64,000 nt of DNA, from the NCBI GenBank assembly GCA_964057225.1, contig OZ059896.1, positions 17,794,001 to 17,858,000 on the forward strand, in the 5' to 3' direction. A program made the translations under genes and the position numbers. How positions within the stretch are numbered: the stretch's first letter is position 1; the number at the start of each line of letters is the position of its first letter. The stretch comes from Auanema rhodensis (lineage: Eukaryota > Animalia > Nematoda). This document shows, piece by piece, positions 41,375 through 52,532 of this stretch. Under the pieces are notes generated by a model. That model was not told where the DNA came from and made no database searches. It saw only the letters and a list, made by a program, of their open reading frames with translations.

Positions 41375-43062
41375 TTAACTGATGTTGCACTGAAAATGAA
41401 TATAGCAATAAGGTAAATGAATTTAAATACAGCACTAACCTTTCCTGTTTTCGGGGTAGTTTTTTCTACTCTTCTAGTTTGTGATCGATTTAAATCAAGT
41501 GGGAGAGTATCAGGTGGTCGAGCAGTAGTAACTACAGGTGTTGGTGGTTCAGGTGTAGTTGAAGTTTCTTCAGGACTAGACACATTACCATTGTATTGGG
41601 CATCTAACTGTTTAGCCAATTCATAACTGTAGTAAAAAAATATTGTTTTTAAATGAAAAGACAACTAACTCGGACATGCTGAGTGAACTATTGGTTGGAC
41701 GTTCTTCATTTTGATACTCTTTGAACTGACTATTAACATACCGTGTATCTCCTAGAAATCGTTGATAATATAATAATTGAAATGGCATTACCTTCAATGC
41801 TTTGCAAAACTTCCCAAATAGTATTAGGTTGATGTACAAATCCAATATCAGTACACAACACATGAACAAAATTCTAAACAATCATTTGAGAACATAAGCC
41901 ATTATGATACAAAATACTTCAATTTTTAACACTGTATGAAAGTGATTATTTCTAAAAAGAACCGCAATCTCTTTATCTGCCATTTTATTCACAAGGTCAA
42001 TTAAACCAGTATACGTCATCTGAATTATATGTATTTTGATATATTTCTGGAATTAAAAACCTGTGATTGAGTATCTTCAAGAAAGCAAGCTACACTTTGA
42101 TCTTCAAAAGCTAAAGCCGTAACCTGATTGTAGGTTTTGTTACCAATAAGCTCTTCTATGATAATAAAATTAAATTGTCAATATCAAAGTGTAAAACGAA
42201 CCATAACCAGAACCAGGCTCCACTACCCAGGTATGATACAAGCGAATACCAAGCAAATCAAAAAGAGAAATAGCAGGCGTGTATTCAAAACAAGTTACTC
42301 CCGAAAATCTTAAGTATAAAGATAAAATTTATATTAATATACGAAACAACATACTGAACATTGACTTCAAGTCCTTCATCTAATCTAGGAATAAGATCTA
42401 AAACGTCGTTCAAGATGGTTTCGTAGTTCGTCGGCTCATCCTGAAGAAACAGATCAATTTTTTGAGAAGCAAAAAATTTTTTCACATTTCCAACACTGTT
42501 TAGATTTGCTGACATTTCTAACACACATCCACCCACAAGATCTTTCAATTGTCTACATGATAGATGTTCACGTGTAGTTCCTGGAAACGTTTTCCCAGCA
42601 GGAAGTGTCAGTTTTCCTGAATATTAAAAAATTGTACAAAAATTGGTATAATGAGAACCTTTTAAAACCAAACAATTCGCAAGAGCGATAAGAGGGCAAG
42701 GCCCATTAGCACTTTGCATTACAATTCTTCTTTGATTGCCAAAGAATGCAATTGTTCTCATCTAAAAATATTTAGATTTTTTAGTTCATATTTATATTAC
42801 GAACCACGAAAAGATCAATCCTATTTTCCAAAGCCGCAGCTTCATCATTATTGTCGGAGTTTGATGCAACGTAGTTGGGTAATTCAGTTTGAACGGCATG
42901 TTCTGGCTGTTCCTGAACACGACACTCATTTTTTATACAATGCGAAAAAATTTAATATAATATAATTTTCTATTGTTGCTTCGTTTATAATTGAAGATTA
43001 CTCACATTCTCGTTTATTGTCATGGATTGAAGTTTTTCCTCCAAACTCTTATCATTTTCCAT
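41375..43062 (-). CDS. MINDY1: MINDY1/2 (FAM63) family deubiquitinase
   Basis: Catalytic Cys motif MQSANGPCPLIALAN, LFDLLGIRLYHTWVV, His motif VLFRNNHFHT, LCTDIGF...IWEVL. MIU-like DYELAKQL. Ends GKCNIS*. Confidence 0.93.
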
Positions 43063-43944
43063 TTTGAAATTTTCTGAAACTCACTCGAGGTAAAGTTAAA
43101 AATGAATTATCAGATTGAATATGCATTAATCAATGTTAAAGCATTTTTATAATAATAAAGACGATTTTTTATATCATGAACTATACCATTATGTTGCTAC
43201 ACGGCTAATATTTTGTCATTGGAGCAAGTTCTGGGCGCATGAGAACATCGCTTATGATGAGAAGCACTGTTATATAGCAAAAATTTAAGAAAATTGGCAA
43301 ATACCAAAGTCATACTGCAAGTTTTAAAATTTATTAAAATAGGCTTTGTTGGATTATTAAATTATTTGTGTACAGTGAAGAATTGAATATTGAAAAAATA
43401 TGAATCAAAATAAAGTGATAACTGTAATATGTAAATTAATGAAAAGTGTGGAAACAGCTGAATGTTGGGCAGGAAAAGGCTATATTTTAAGATATAAAGT
43501 ATGGTTGAAGCATCAGTTTGTATTCCAAGATAATTTTTAGCCACTTCCAAGAGCATCGAAGCGCATGAAATCGAACAAGTAACCTATTTCGTTTACAAAT
43601 AGTTTAATGATTAACTATCCTTATTTGAAAATATTTATAATTTTCAACGTAATAGGATGAACAAAATTAAAAACTATCATGTTCATTCTAAATCAAATAT
43701 CTTCCACCTTTTCTATAATGAGAAAAGTAAATTTCTATCACATCTAAGCAGATATCTTTTAAAGAAAAATTGTTTTTCTCACCCAGGGTACTGTAAGTCC
43801 AGGTAGGGAGAAAATACATTAGGAAATTCTGCTCTATGGCTATCATCTTTTGGCGGTAAATTTTTTTTTGAACTTTTCCGTTATAGTTCCAGAGAGCATA
43901 TTTTATGTTTCGAAATTTTAACACATTATAGCGGTTATTTCAGA
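43063..43944. promoter_or_regulatory. Divergent promoter region MINDY operon / RIF1
   Basis: About 0.88 kb between head-to-head starts. Each ATG is closely preceded by a TTTCAG acceptor. GCGCATGA at 43235 and 43561. Confidence 0.5.
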
Positions 43945-46900
43945 ATGATATTAACAGAGGTGTCCAACACGAATACAAATTTAATGGAAAGCCAGGAAAA
44001 TAAAATACCAGTAGATAACGAAGTAGCTCTTGACGAGAAAACTCTTTCGTCATGTGATGTGAGTATTTTTTTTACCTAATTATCGTCTCAATTCCTTATC
44101 TTGTTCAGGTTTCTTGTATTCACGATTATTCAAAACTTGTTGTAAAATCGCTAGATCAGTTTTCATATAATACTTTAGAAGATTCAATTAGCCAAGGTAA
44201 TTTAATGGTATTTGTATAAAAACGAGTAGTTTATTTGTAGAGAACACTTGTCTTGATGTCTTTGGAAAATTAGGACCCATTTTGTCAAAATTTGTAAATG
44301 TTTTTAGTCGAGCTGTTAGTCTTGCGCTTAGTATGGAAAAAGGGGTTAAGCTAGAATTGTCTGTACTTTAGCCTAATCGAAATTTCTTAAGATATCTCGT
44401 GGTGAAATCACTCTTATAGATAGTTTAGCTTATGGTAAAGAAGAGGCAGCAGCGTTTGAAACTATTTTAAAAGGTCTTCTTCAAGTATTTTTAAAAGTTC
44501 AAAAAGGTTTTATGGTATGTAATGGACAGTTTTTAATTGGTGACCTCGTTATTTAGATATCTGAATTAATGAAGCAATTTGCACCTTTATTAGCCGATTT
44601 AATAACTATTATAGGTAAAAACAATAAAATCTTTAAAGGTTTAACCAATCTAACAGTCGACAGTGTATCAAAAGTTAGATAATTTTTTTTGCCATACGTT
44701 TTCTCTTTTTTCTCAGATTTTGCATAAGTTTCAACACGGTTCATCTGGGCCTTACGATAGCACGTTTTTTTCATTTGTTGATAATTTTTTTGCCACATGT
44801 TTCCTTCATAATCACGCTGGATTGAGAAACTCTGCTATTTCTGCATGGAAACATACTTTTGATCATTCGAGGGATTTGAAATATACAGATGTCTTCAAGT
44901 AGACAGTTAAATTTAAATTTATTCGGACAAATATAATTTCAGAAAAGCTCTCTTGAAGATTGGTAAGCGCTACGCCTTATATATGCCTGACAATTTGAAT
45001 TGTAATGATAATGATGATGAGGTTTTTTTTGAAGTAATAATGAAATAGTTCCCACCTTTAGGATTTACCTTTATCTACATTTCTTAAAAAACCAACTACT
45101 ACTCCGAAAAGGTTAATTGTTGTGTTAAGATGTGGTTTTCTATATATACATTATAGAGTCTTCTCGATCATTGATGAAGATTCTACTGATTATATACCTA
45201 TAACTACTAGTGCTAACAAGAAAATCAAGCTAACGGATCATCAGAAAGAAATGTTCACAGCAACGAAGTTTGTTTAACTTTAAAGTATAATTAAGATACA
45301 TTGATATAGGGATAAACTTCCTTTTTATGATGAAGATAGCATGCAATCTGCGATGACCTCTCGTTTAAAAAGTTTACCATCTAACTTTGATGTTGACAAT
45401 TCCAGGTAACATAATTTGAGCTTACAATATCTAATTGAGTTTCTCAGAACTGGACTTTCAAATACAGCTTTGTCAAATCTAGAAAAAGTTTCATTAAAGA
45501 AAGAACACTCTGATAATGATAAAAATGAGGAACCTAGATTCAGGAGAACCGCTATTCGTCTTAATTTTGATGTTTGTTATGGTAATACCTCATTTTCATT
45601 TTTTTTTCTTAAGGAGCTAGTTACGAACACTGAAGGATCTAGTTCAACGGAATCAGATAATGTGAAGGTAACTTTTCGACATTTCCCAGATTAAAGGCTT
45701 ACAAATTGCAGAGTGACGAGTCAGCGGATGAAACTAAAGAATCTACCTCTCGAAGAACTCGGGCAAAAGTATTATATTTTTACTTTTTCTCTAAACTTTG
45801 TTATTTAACAGTCAACTCCATCAAGATATACCGCTGTTTCTAGAAAAAGAGCTATATCTGAAACTACAAAAAAAGAAGAGCAGTAAGAATTTAGCTAGTA
45901 ACAATAGCTAGTTTTTAATCATCTTACTTCAGATCTTCAACTGTTTCTAATATAGGTACCCCAAAGCGAAGAGGTCGCCCAGCAAAAAGTTCTAAAGGTA
46001 TTATTATTGTATGTTTTTATGATATATAGTTTTTTACAGCAAAACGAATTGATATTGATAGTGTGAAAGCAGCAGAAAGGGGAGCTGTTAATAAACAACA
46101 AACAATGGAATTAAAAGAAGATACGGATGGTAGTGGAAGTGTTTCTTCGGTAACCGGAAGTAGTGAGAGCTTATCGTCTCAGTCGGATCCTACGGAGAAA
46201 ATAGAGTCTATTGAAGCACCTGAAATTGATAAAGGAACTGATTCTATTAGAATATGTGAAGATTCGAATTCAACCCCCGAGAAAAGTTATCCTATGTTAG
46301 TCTTTCAATAAGTTTCTCCTTATATATAACTTTAATTAAGTGATAAAATTTCGACTCCATCAACAATACGAGTCATTGAAGCTCACACACCAGGCATCTT
46401 GAAGAAAATTAATAGTCCTTCTACTTCTGAACGCAAGGTTATTCATTGTTAGTATACCCATATTATGCAGTACTAATTTTCAGCGACTTCGCGTTCATTT
46501 TCATGATATTAGTGCTTTGAATAGTGACGATAATTCTAATATGAATCTTGATGAACAGGGTAATAACGAACAATTAAGTAATGTAAGTTTCTTGTTAATA
46601 TCCCATCTTGTATTTTCAATATTCCTGATTGTTATTTTAGGACAATTTTATGGAATTTAGTAGTGGTAACGTAGACTCGAATTCGCAATCCGATGGACCT
46701 ATATTCCCTGATTTGAAAGATTCAAAAGACCCTGTTGCTAAACTTATTTCGAAACTTGTTCCCGTTGCTAATGGGTGGCTTTCTTTTTTTGAATTTCATA
46801 ATGGTTATATTTAGTGGTACTTTCCTCAAACGAGCGTTAAAAATCGAACGAATTCAAACAATTGGTGATCTTGCCAGTTTACCAAAGAAAAAGGTAATGT

Positions 46901-47570
46901 TTTTTTTTATAATTGACTAAAATTTCTTAATTTTAGATATCTTCTTTGCCTATCCGCATTCCTCGTGTTCAATCAGTAATCTCTGTTCTCCAAGCTTACA
47001 CAGCTGACTCTAAAGTATGAGTTTTTTCTTTATGTTGTATTACCCTAACTTCAGGTCGAGTTTATTCAAAGTAATGAATTGGATGAATTGCCTTTAAAAG
47101 AAGCTCCAAAACTTGATATGAAGTGCTCAGAATCTCCGGAAAAATTGACACAGCTCAAAATAGTACAAGAAAGTTCTAAAGATGATACTATATCGGATAA
47201 TATCTCGACTGTTTTAAATGATGCGAAAGGTAACATGAAGAAATATGCAATTTCGTAATTTTTTATAGCTTTAACCGAGCACGATACGGTAGAATCGCCC
47301 TGTTTTAGTGGATCTCTATCCTACCATAAAAAATTAATGAAGGGTATTACAAAGTGTGAATATTGTTAATTTATAGTGCTTTATAGCTTTTAATGATCTG
47401 AGTAGCATAATAAGCTCCGATACTGTTGATAATTTAGCTCCGGATGAGGCTAGAGAGGTGATCTGAATTCTTAGTATTTTATACACTGTGTTCTTTAGGC
47501 ATTTAACATGACGAACACTATGATGCAGGTAGTGTGCAATCTCCAAAAAGATCTGTTGTTGAAGTTGTAA
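43945..47570 (+). CDS. rif-1: Replication-timing/DSB-repair factor RIF1 (short form)
   Basis: GPYDSTFF...FLHNHAGLRNSAISAWKHTF (end of HEAT core), DSTDYIPI..KIKLTDHQKEMF, PP1 motifs GILKK...RVHF, and C-terminal IFPDLKDSKDPV...IQTIGDLASLPKKKISSLPIRIPRV. All match recalled metazoan RIF1 blocks in the correct order. Confidence 0.88.
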
Positions 47571-48544
47571 CATAATAATAATAATCTACGTCAGACGTTG
47601 CTAACTAACACAAATCTCAATATTCCATCCGTGATAAGTTTTTATCTCGAATATACTTACTTTTAAAATGATGTGTATAGCTTTCAATGAACATTTAAAT
47701 ATTCCAACGTTTATTTTATTTTTTATTTTTCGTCAAGTATATATATATATATATATATTACATGTTGATATAGTATATATAGGTTTAATATAAAAATCTG
47801 AATTAGATGAAATAGAGGAGAGAAATTTGCTATCAAAAGTATTTGATTTATAAGTTTAGTAGCGGTTTGGATAAATTCGTTATTTATATCTCAATTAACA
47901 CAGACATGGGAATATGAATTTGATGGTCATTGATCACCGAAATAAAATACTAAATTTTACTAACCCGTGTAAATTTCATTAAAATATTTTTTTTTCTTAT
48001 TAATAGATAAAATAATGCGTATCTTTCGTAGACTGTATCTCAACACATTTAAATATAGCATTGTATTTTAATTTAATTATAAAAGCTAAACTTAAGAAAA
48101 ATATTTAAATATAAATCCACAGCGACGGTGCAGAGATCGCAGTCTTCACTCTTTAGTTGATTTGCCATGAATATGAACTTAATTTTTTGCTATAATAATT
48201 AAAAGGGTAATTGAAGATTTAATGTTTTTTCTTCATCACCATAATTTTAAAAATATTTTTTGTTAATTTTTGATACATATAAAATTGCACATATTAGTTA
48301 TTATAACATGTTATAGACTTAAGTTATTTTTATTTTTATAAATGGTCTCGGCGCGCATTGATCGATCTTTCGCCGGACCAGCTTTTTATCGTTCACCGTT
48401 TCGGAAGCACAGTTCAACTTTATAAAATGCATTACTATTTGAATTATTATTATGTGTATTTTCGTCATTATGAAGCCACATTACTCATACAATTTTCCAC
48501 GTATAAGTTAAATTGATCAAAATGCTCATTCCAAACTTTTAGAC

Positions 48545-50529
48545 ATGAGGGTATTTCACTCCTTATTGTTGGTCTGCTCGACAGCCTTCGCATATGATGC
48601 TGTTTTCTTCTCAAACGACCAAAAAATAAGGTAAATAGTCTTTTCATTAACATTTTTATTATTTTAATTCAGCAAGGAATATCCATCAGTAGATAATTTG
48701 CTATCAACTGCTTCTAAAGATGCTCCAGTAGTTTTCATCACCAATCCTGACTTCACCTTGGGTTAGAATAATTCATATACTATTATATCATTTATAAAAT
48801 TGTTCAGGACAATTTTCTAAGCAATCTTCTGCTTATTCTGCTCAAAAGTCTCAGAGTGGATTAGTTAATATTATTAAATCTTCCAAACATAGCGCCGCAA
48901 GATACATTGAGAAACCAGTTGATGTAATGTTTATTGAATTATTTAAGTAGTCAATTTGATTTCATATAGGTTCCTGAAGCTGTAGTTATTTCATCGGCAT
49001 CTGAATACAAGCCAGACAGCAGTGTTTACGTTATCTCAGGTGAAGAATGGACCACTATGGAGACTGCTGCTGTTGAGGTTTTTTTTTGTTGTTATTTGCC
49101 CTGATTTACTTTCATTGTTTAAAGCTATACTCCAAGTTCGCTCCAAAGGCTACTTTTGTTATCACATCTTCTGAAGCTGTCTCATCCGAGAAGGTTCGCG
49201 GAAAAATTGATCTTTTATCTCTAGTTTCTGTGTTTTAGACTCGCGTCAAGCGTGTTTCCACCGATGAATTCCCGAATGATGATGCACCGGTATTTCGAAT
49301 TTTCATAATGTTTGCATATGACCTTTTAGACTGGAAATGGAAAAGTTTTCGATATGCCCATGAATATTCCTCCATACGGCCGCGATGAATCTGTTCAGCC
49401 ATTATCAAAGTATTTTAATTAATTATATTGTTCTTGCAACATTGCTATCTTAGGGACCTGGGTAACTGCCTGCTCTATCTTGAAGGAGTGAATGTTGTTG
49501 TTCAATCTAAAACCAGCAACGGAAAGGGAAATTCTTTTATTAACATCCCAGTTCGCGCTAACGACTCTCAATGGTATTTAACTTTTTCTGTCATAATTCC
49601 TACATTTATTTAAGGATGTACGATGATGGAGATGTTTCCTGCACTAACGGCACTGTTGGAAATTATGTGTAAGATTTATAGTGTTTTTCTTATATCTTTA
49701 GTTTTCCAGCTTCCATGTCAAGATCAAGACTAAGACCTCTATTACCGGAAAGAACTTCCAGCAAGAGTCTGCTTCCATCGATGCTGGTACAGTTATCGGA
49801 TTCACGTAATTTTTTAATTTTGGGAATTCGTCTAATCTCTAATAAATTATAGCTTGAAAATTGTTGGAGATGCTGCTGGATATTGGCGTCTGAAGGAAAT
49901 TGTTGCTGATGGTTTTACTGTTAAAGGAAGCTCTTTCAACGTAAGCTTCATGTATTGTAATCTTAATATCAAACAAATGTTTTAGTCAGCCAAGATTATC
50001 GATGGATCCAACTCAAGTGGTGTTAACAACATGGGAGTCAACAGTATTCAATACTGGGCTTACGGATGTGGAGATTCCCAGGTTTGCTTATTTTTATTTT
50101 TTTTACAAAATGTATTCTCTTCAGGCCGCTTTTTTCAAAACTGACAACGACAAAGTCTTCGTTGGAATTTCTCTGTTCAATACTGAAGTACAATCAAATA
50201 TATTTATATTTTCAAGAAATTAATTTTGTAGATTCAACCATTCGGTGTCTACAGACCAAAAGGAATAGGCTTCGATGGCAAGCCATCCCTTATCTTTTTC
50301 ACACGTAATGTCGATGACTGTACCGGAACATTCTCCACCGGATCATGGATGGGTAACTCAACTGTTTAATACATCAAAATTGTTCAAATTAATACTTACA
50401 GGTATCATCAGTATACTCGTCTTGTTGACCGGATTCATCTTCGGATACCTCATGCTTAACAGTGTTGAAACCATGGACCGATTTGACGATCCAAAACAAA
50501 AGCAGATCATCATCAACGTCAGAGAGTAA
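48545..50529 (+). CDS. vha-19: V-ATPase accessory subunit Ac45/ATP6AP1
   Basis: Signal peptide then YDAVFFSN, furin site RVKR, GNCLLYLEGVNVVV, C-terminal TM and GYLMLNSVETMDRFDDPKQKQIIINVRE*. Confidence 0.95.
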
Positions 50530-51358
50530 TAGAATTTCTTATAAGTTCTATTTGATTGAAGTGAACTTACGATTTGTAAGAGCGACTTTTATTTTTGAAA
50601 TTAGTACTAAATTATAACAGACGTTTCCATAACGCTTAGATTGTGAATCTTTTTTCTGTAATTGTTTCGTAAATTGTTCATCATCTGAACAATTGTGTAT
50701 AGTATGTCTTGTGTACTTTTTCATATAATTATAGATATGTAGTGTTTTATATATTATAGTTAATATAGCCATTCCATTTACATATTCGCACACGGTGATT
50801 TTACATTGTTAGGTTGCACACTCCATCCTCCCACCGCCACCACCCCTTTAGGGTCTTGATGTCGTCTTAGTTTACGATGTTTTGCCAACGACCCTCCTTC
50901 ACTCCAGGCATCCATATATACACCCTGTCTTTGCACATTTGAAGTTAGTAATCTATTAAAGATTACAAATAATACATTCCTGTGTGAGGCGGATATATGA
51001 AAGTAAATAAAGTTTTATGATACAACTTTTCTGTATGAATATATATTAATATAGTTTTTAGGTTCAATACTATAGGCGGGTAGGGGATTTGAGGAACGAC
51101 ACGTTGGGAGAGGATTATTAGATCACCCAGATTATTTGCCTCTTACAATAACGATAAATTAATTTGTACTTGCAAATCGTGTTAATTACATATATCCCAA
51201 AAAATTGGTGTATATATAGCTCCTGGTAGCTGATCACAATACCATTCTTCGTAAGTTTTATCTTCTATTGAAAAATAGATTTTTCATTGTTCATGTTTTA
51301 TCATTTCATTAAATAAATTATATATTAGTGTTCGAAATAAAATATTATTTAGAACATT

Positions 51359-52303
51359 ATGTTTGTCTGGGTTATATTTGTCTTGGCTCTCTCAACTGGT
51401 GCTCATGCCCAAAACTGCAAAGCTGACTTTGCTGAAAAGCTTGTTAAGTTAGGATCAACATTTTTGGATGTCAAAGAAATTACAAAGGTATTTCTGAATC
51501 TATTTCATTGAACATACTTATTTTTCTTTTCCAATTAAGGCTTTAACTTGCATTGAGGGAGAGTTCTATGATGAAAAGTCAATGGAAGAAATTAGCAAAA
51601 GTATGAGAAAACTAAAAACGAAAAAAGATTCTTTGTGAACATTTTTAGAAGGAGTTGGCTGTGTGATGGGATGTCTTAACAGTCCATTCAAAGGTATTAC
51701 TGCTTTATCCATCAAAGGAAATGGTATGTTATATGATTAATAGATGAAAATATATGAAATAATGCTGTTTCAGTTGATAAATGCCTTAAGCCTACTCCAT
51801 CCAAGGATACATTAGGATTGGTTGAGAAAATGATGCCACCTATTCTTAAAAATATTAAAAAAATTTCAGATGAGGTATATAACATGATATATGAAATAAA
51901 AAGACAAAAAATATATAGTTAACATAATTAATTGATATTTTTATAGTTATTCGCAACTATCAAAAAGCCTAAGAGCAATGGAAAGCCTAAAGATTTCTGT
52001 CTTCAAAAGGGATATTGTTTCCTTAAGGCTGCTATTACCAAGAACTTCATCGATAACACATGTAAAAAAGTTGTAAAGGTAATATTTATTCAAATATTTC
52101 AATTATTTAAGTAAAATTTATTTCATGACAAATACATAAAAGAGAATTTGACACAATGAGAGAAACAGGCACTTTATACAAACTATATTATATCGTTTTG
52201 TTTTCAGAATAAGATGAATCAAGCTGAGCTTAATTGTGTGGTACAGGATGCTAAGAAGCTTGTTGATATTAATCAATATTCTTGCTCTAAGCTGAAACTT
52301 TAA
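51359..52303 (+). CDS. Uncharacterised secreted Lys-rich protein (about 197 aa, 10 Cys), 6 coding exons
   Basis: All six exons join in frame through GT-AG introns. Signal peptide MFVWVIFVLALSTGAHA. Ends DINQYSCSKLKL*. Confidence 0.85.
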
Positions 52304-52435
52304 AAAGTGGAAAACAAAAATTTGAACATTACGAGAAAATGTAACGAAAAAAATTTTTTTTTCTCTTCTCAATAACTTTTGTTTCCTCTTTCTATTGTTA
52401 AAATAAATATTTAACAATCTATTGTTTCTATATAT

Positions 52436-52437
<2 letters not shown>

Positions 52438-52499
<62 letters not shown>
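52438..52499. repeat. (AT)n microsatellite between convergent 3' ends
   Basis: Uninterrupted TA run of about 60 nt. A similar run lies at about 55430-55475. Confidence 0.95.
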
Positions 52500-52502
<3 letters not shown>

Positions 52503-52532
52503 TAAATATATATATATATTATTTATCATAAA

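Noticed and set aside
1695-50529. Idea of an osmoregulation gene cluster (osm-9, ncx-3, ITP-like, vha-19)
   Set aside because: The genes are interspersed with unrelated housekeeping genes; chance is sufficient.
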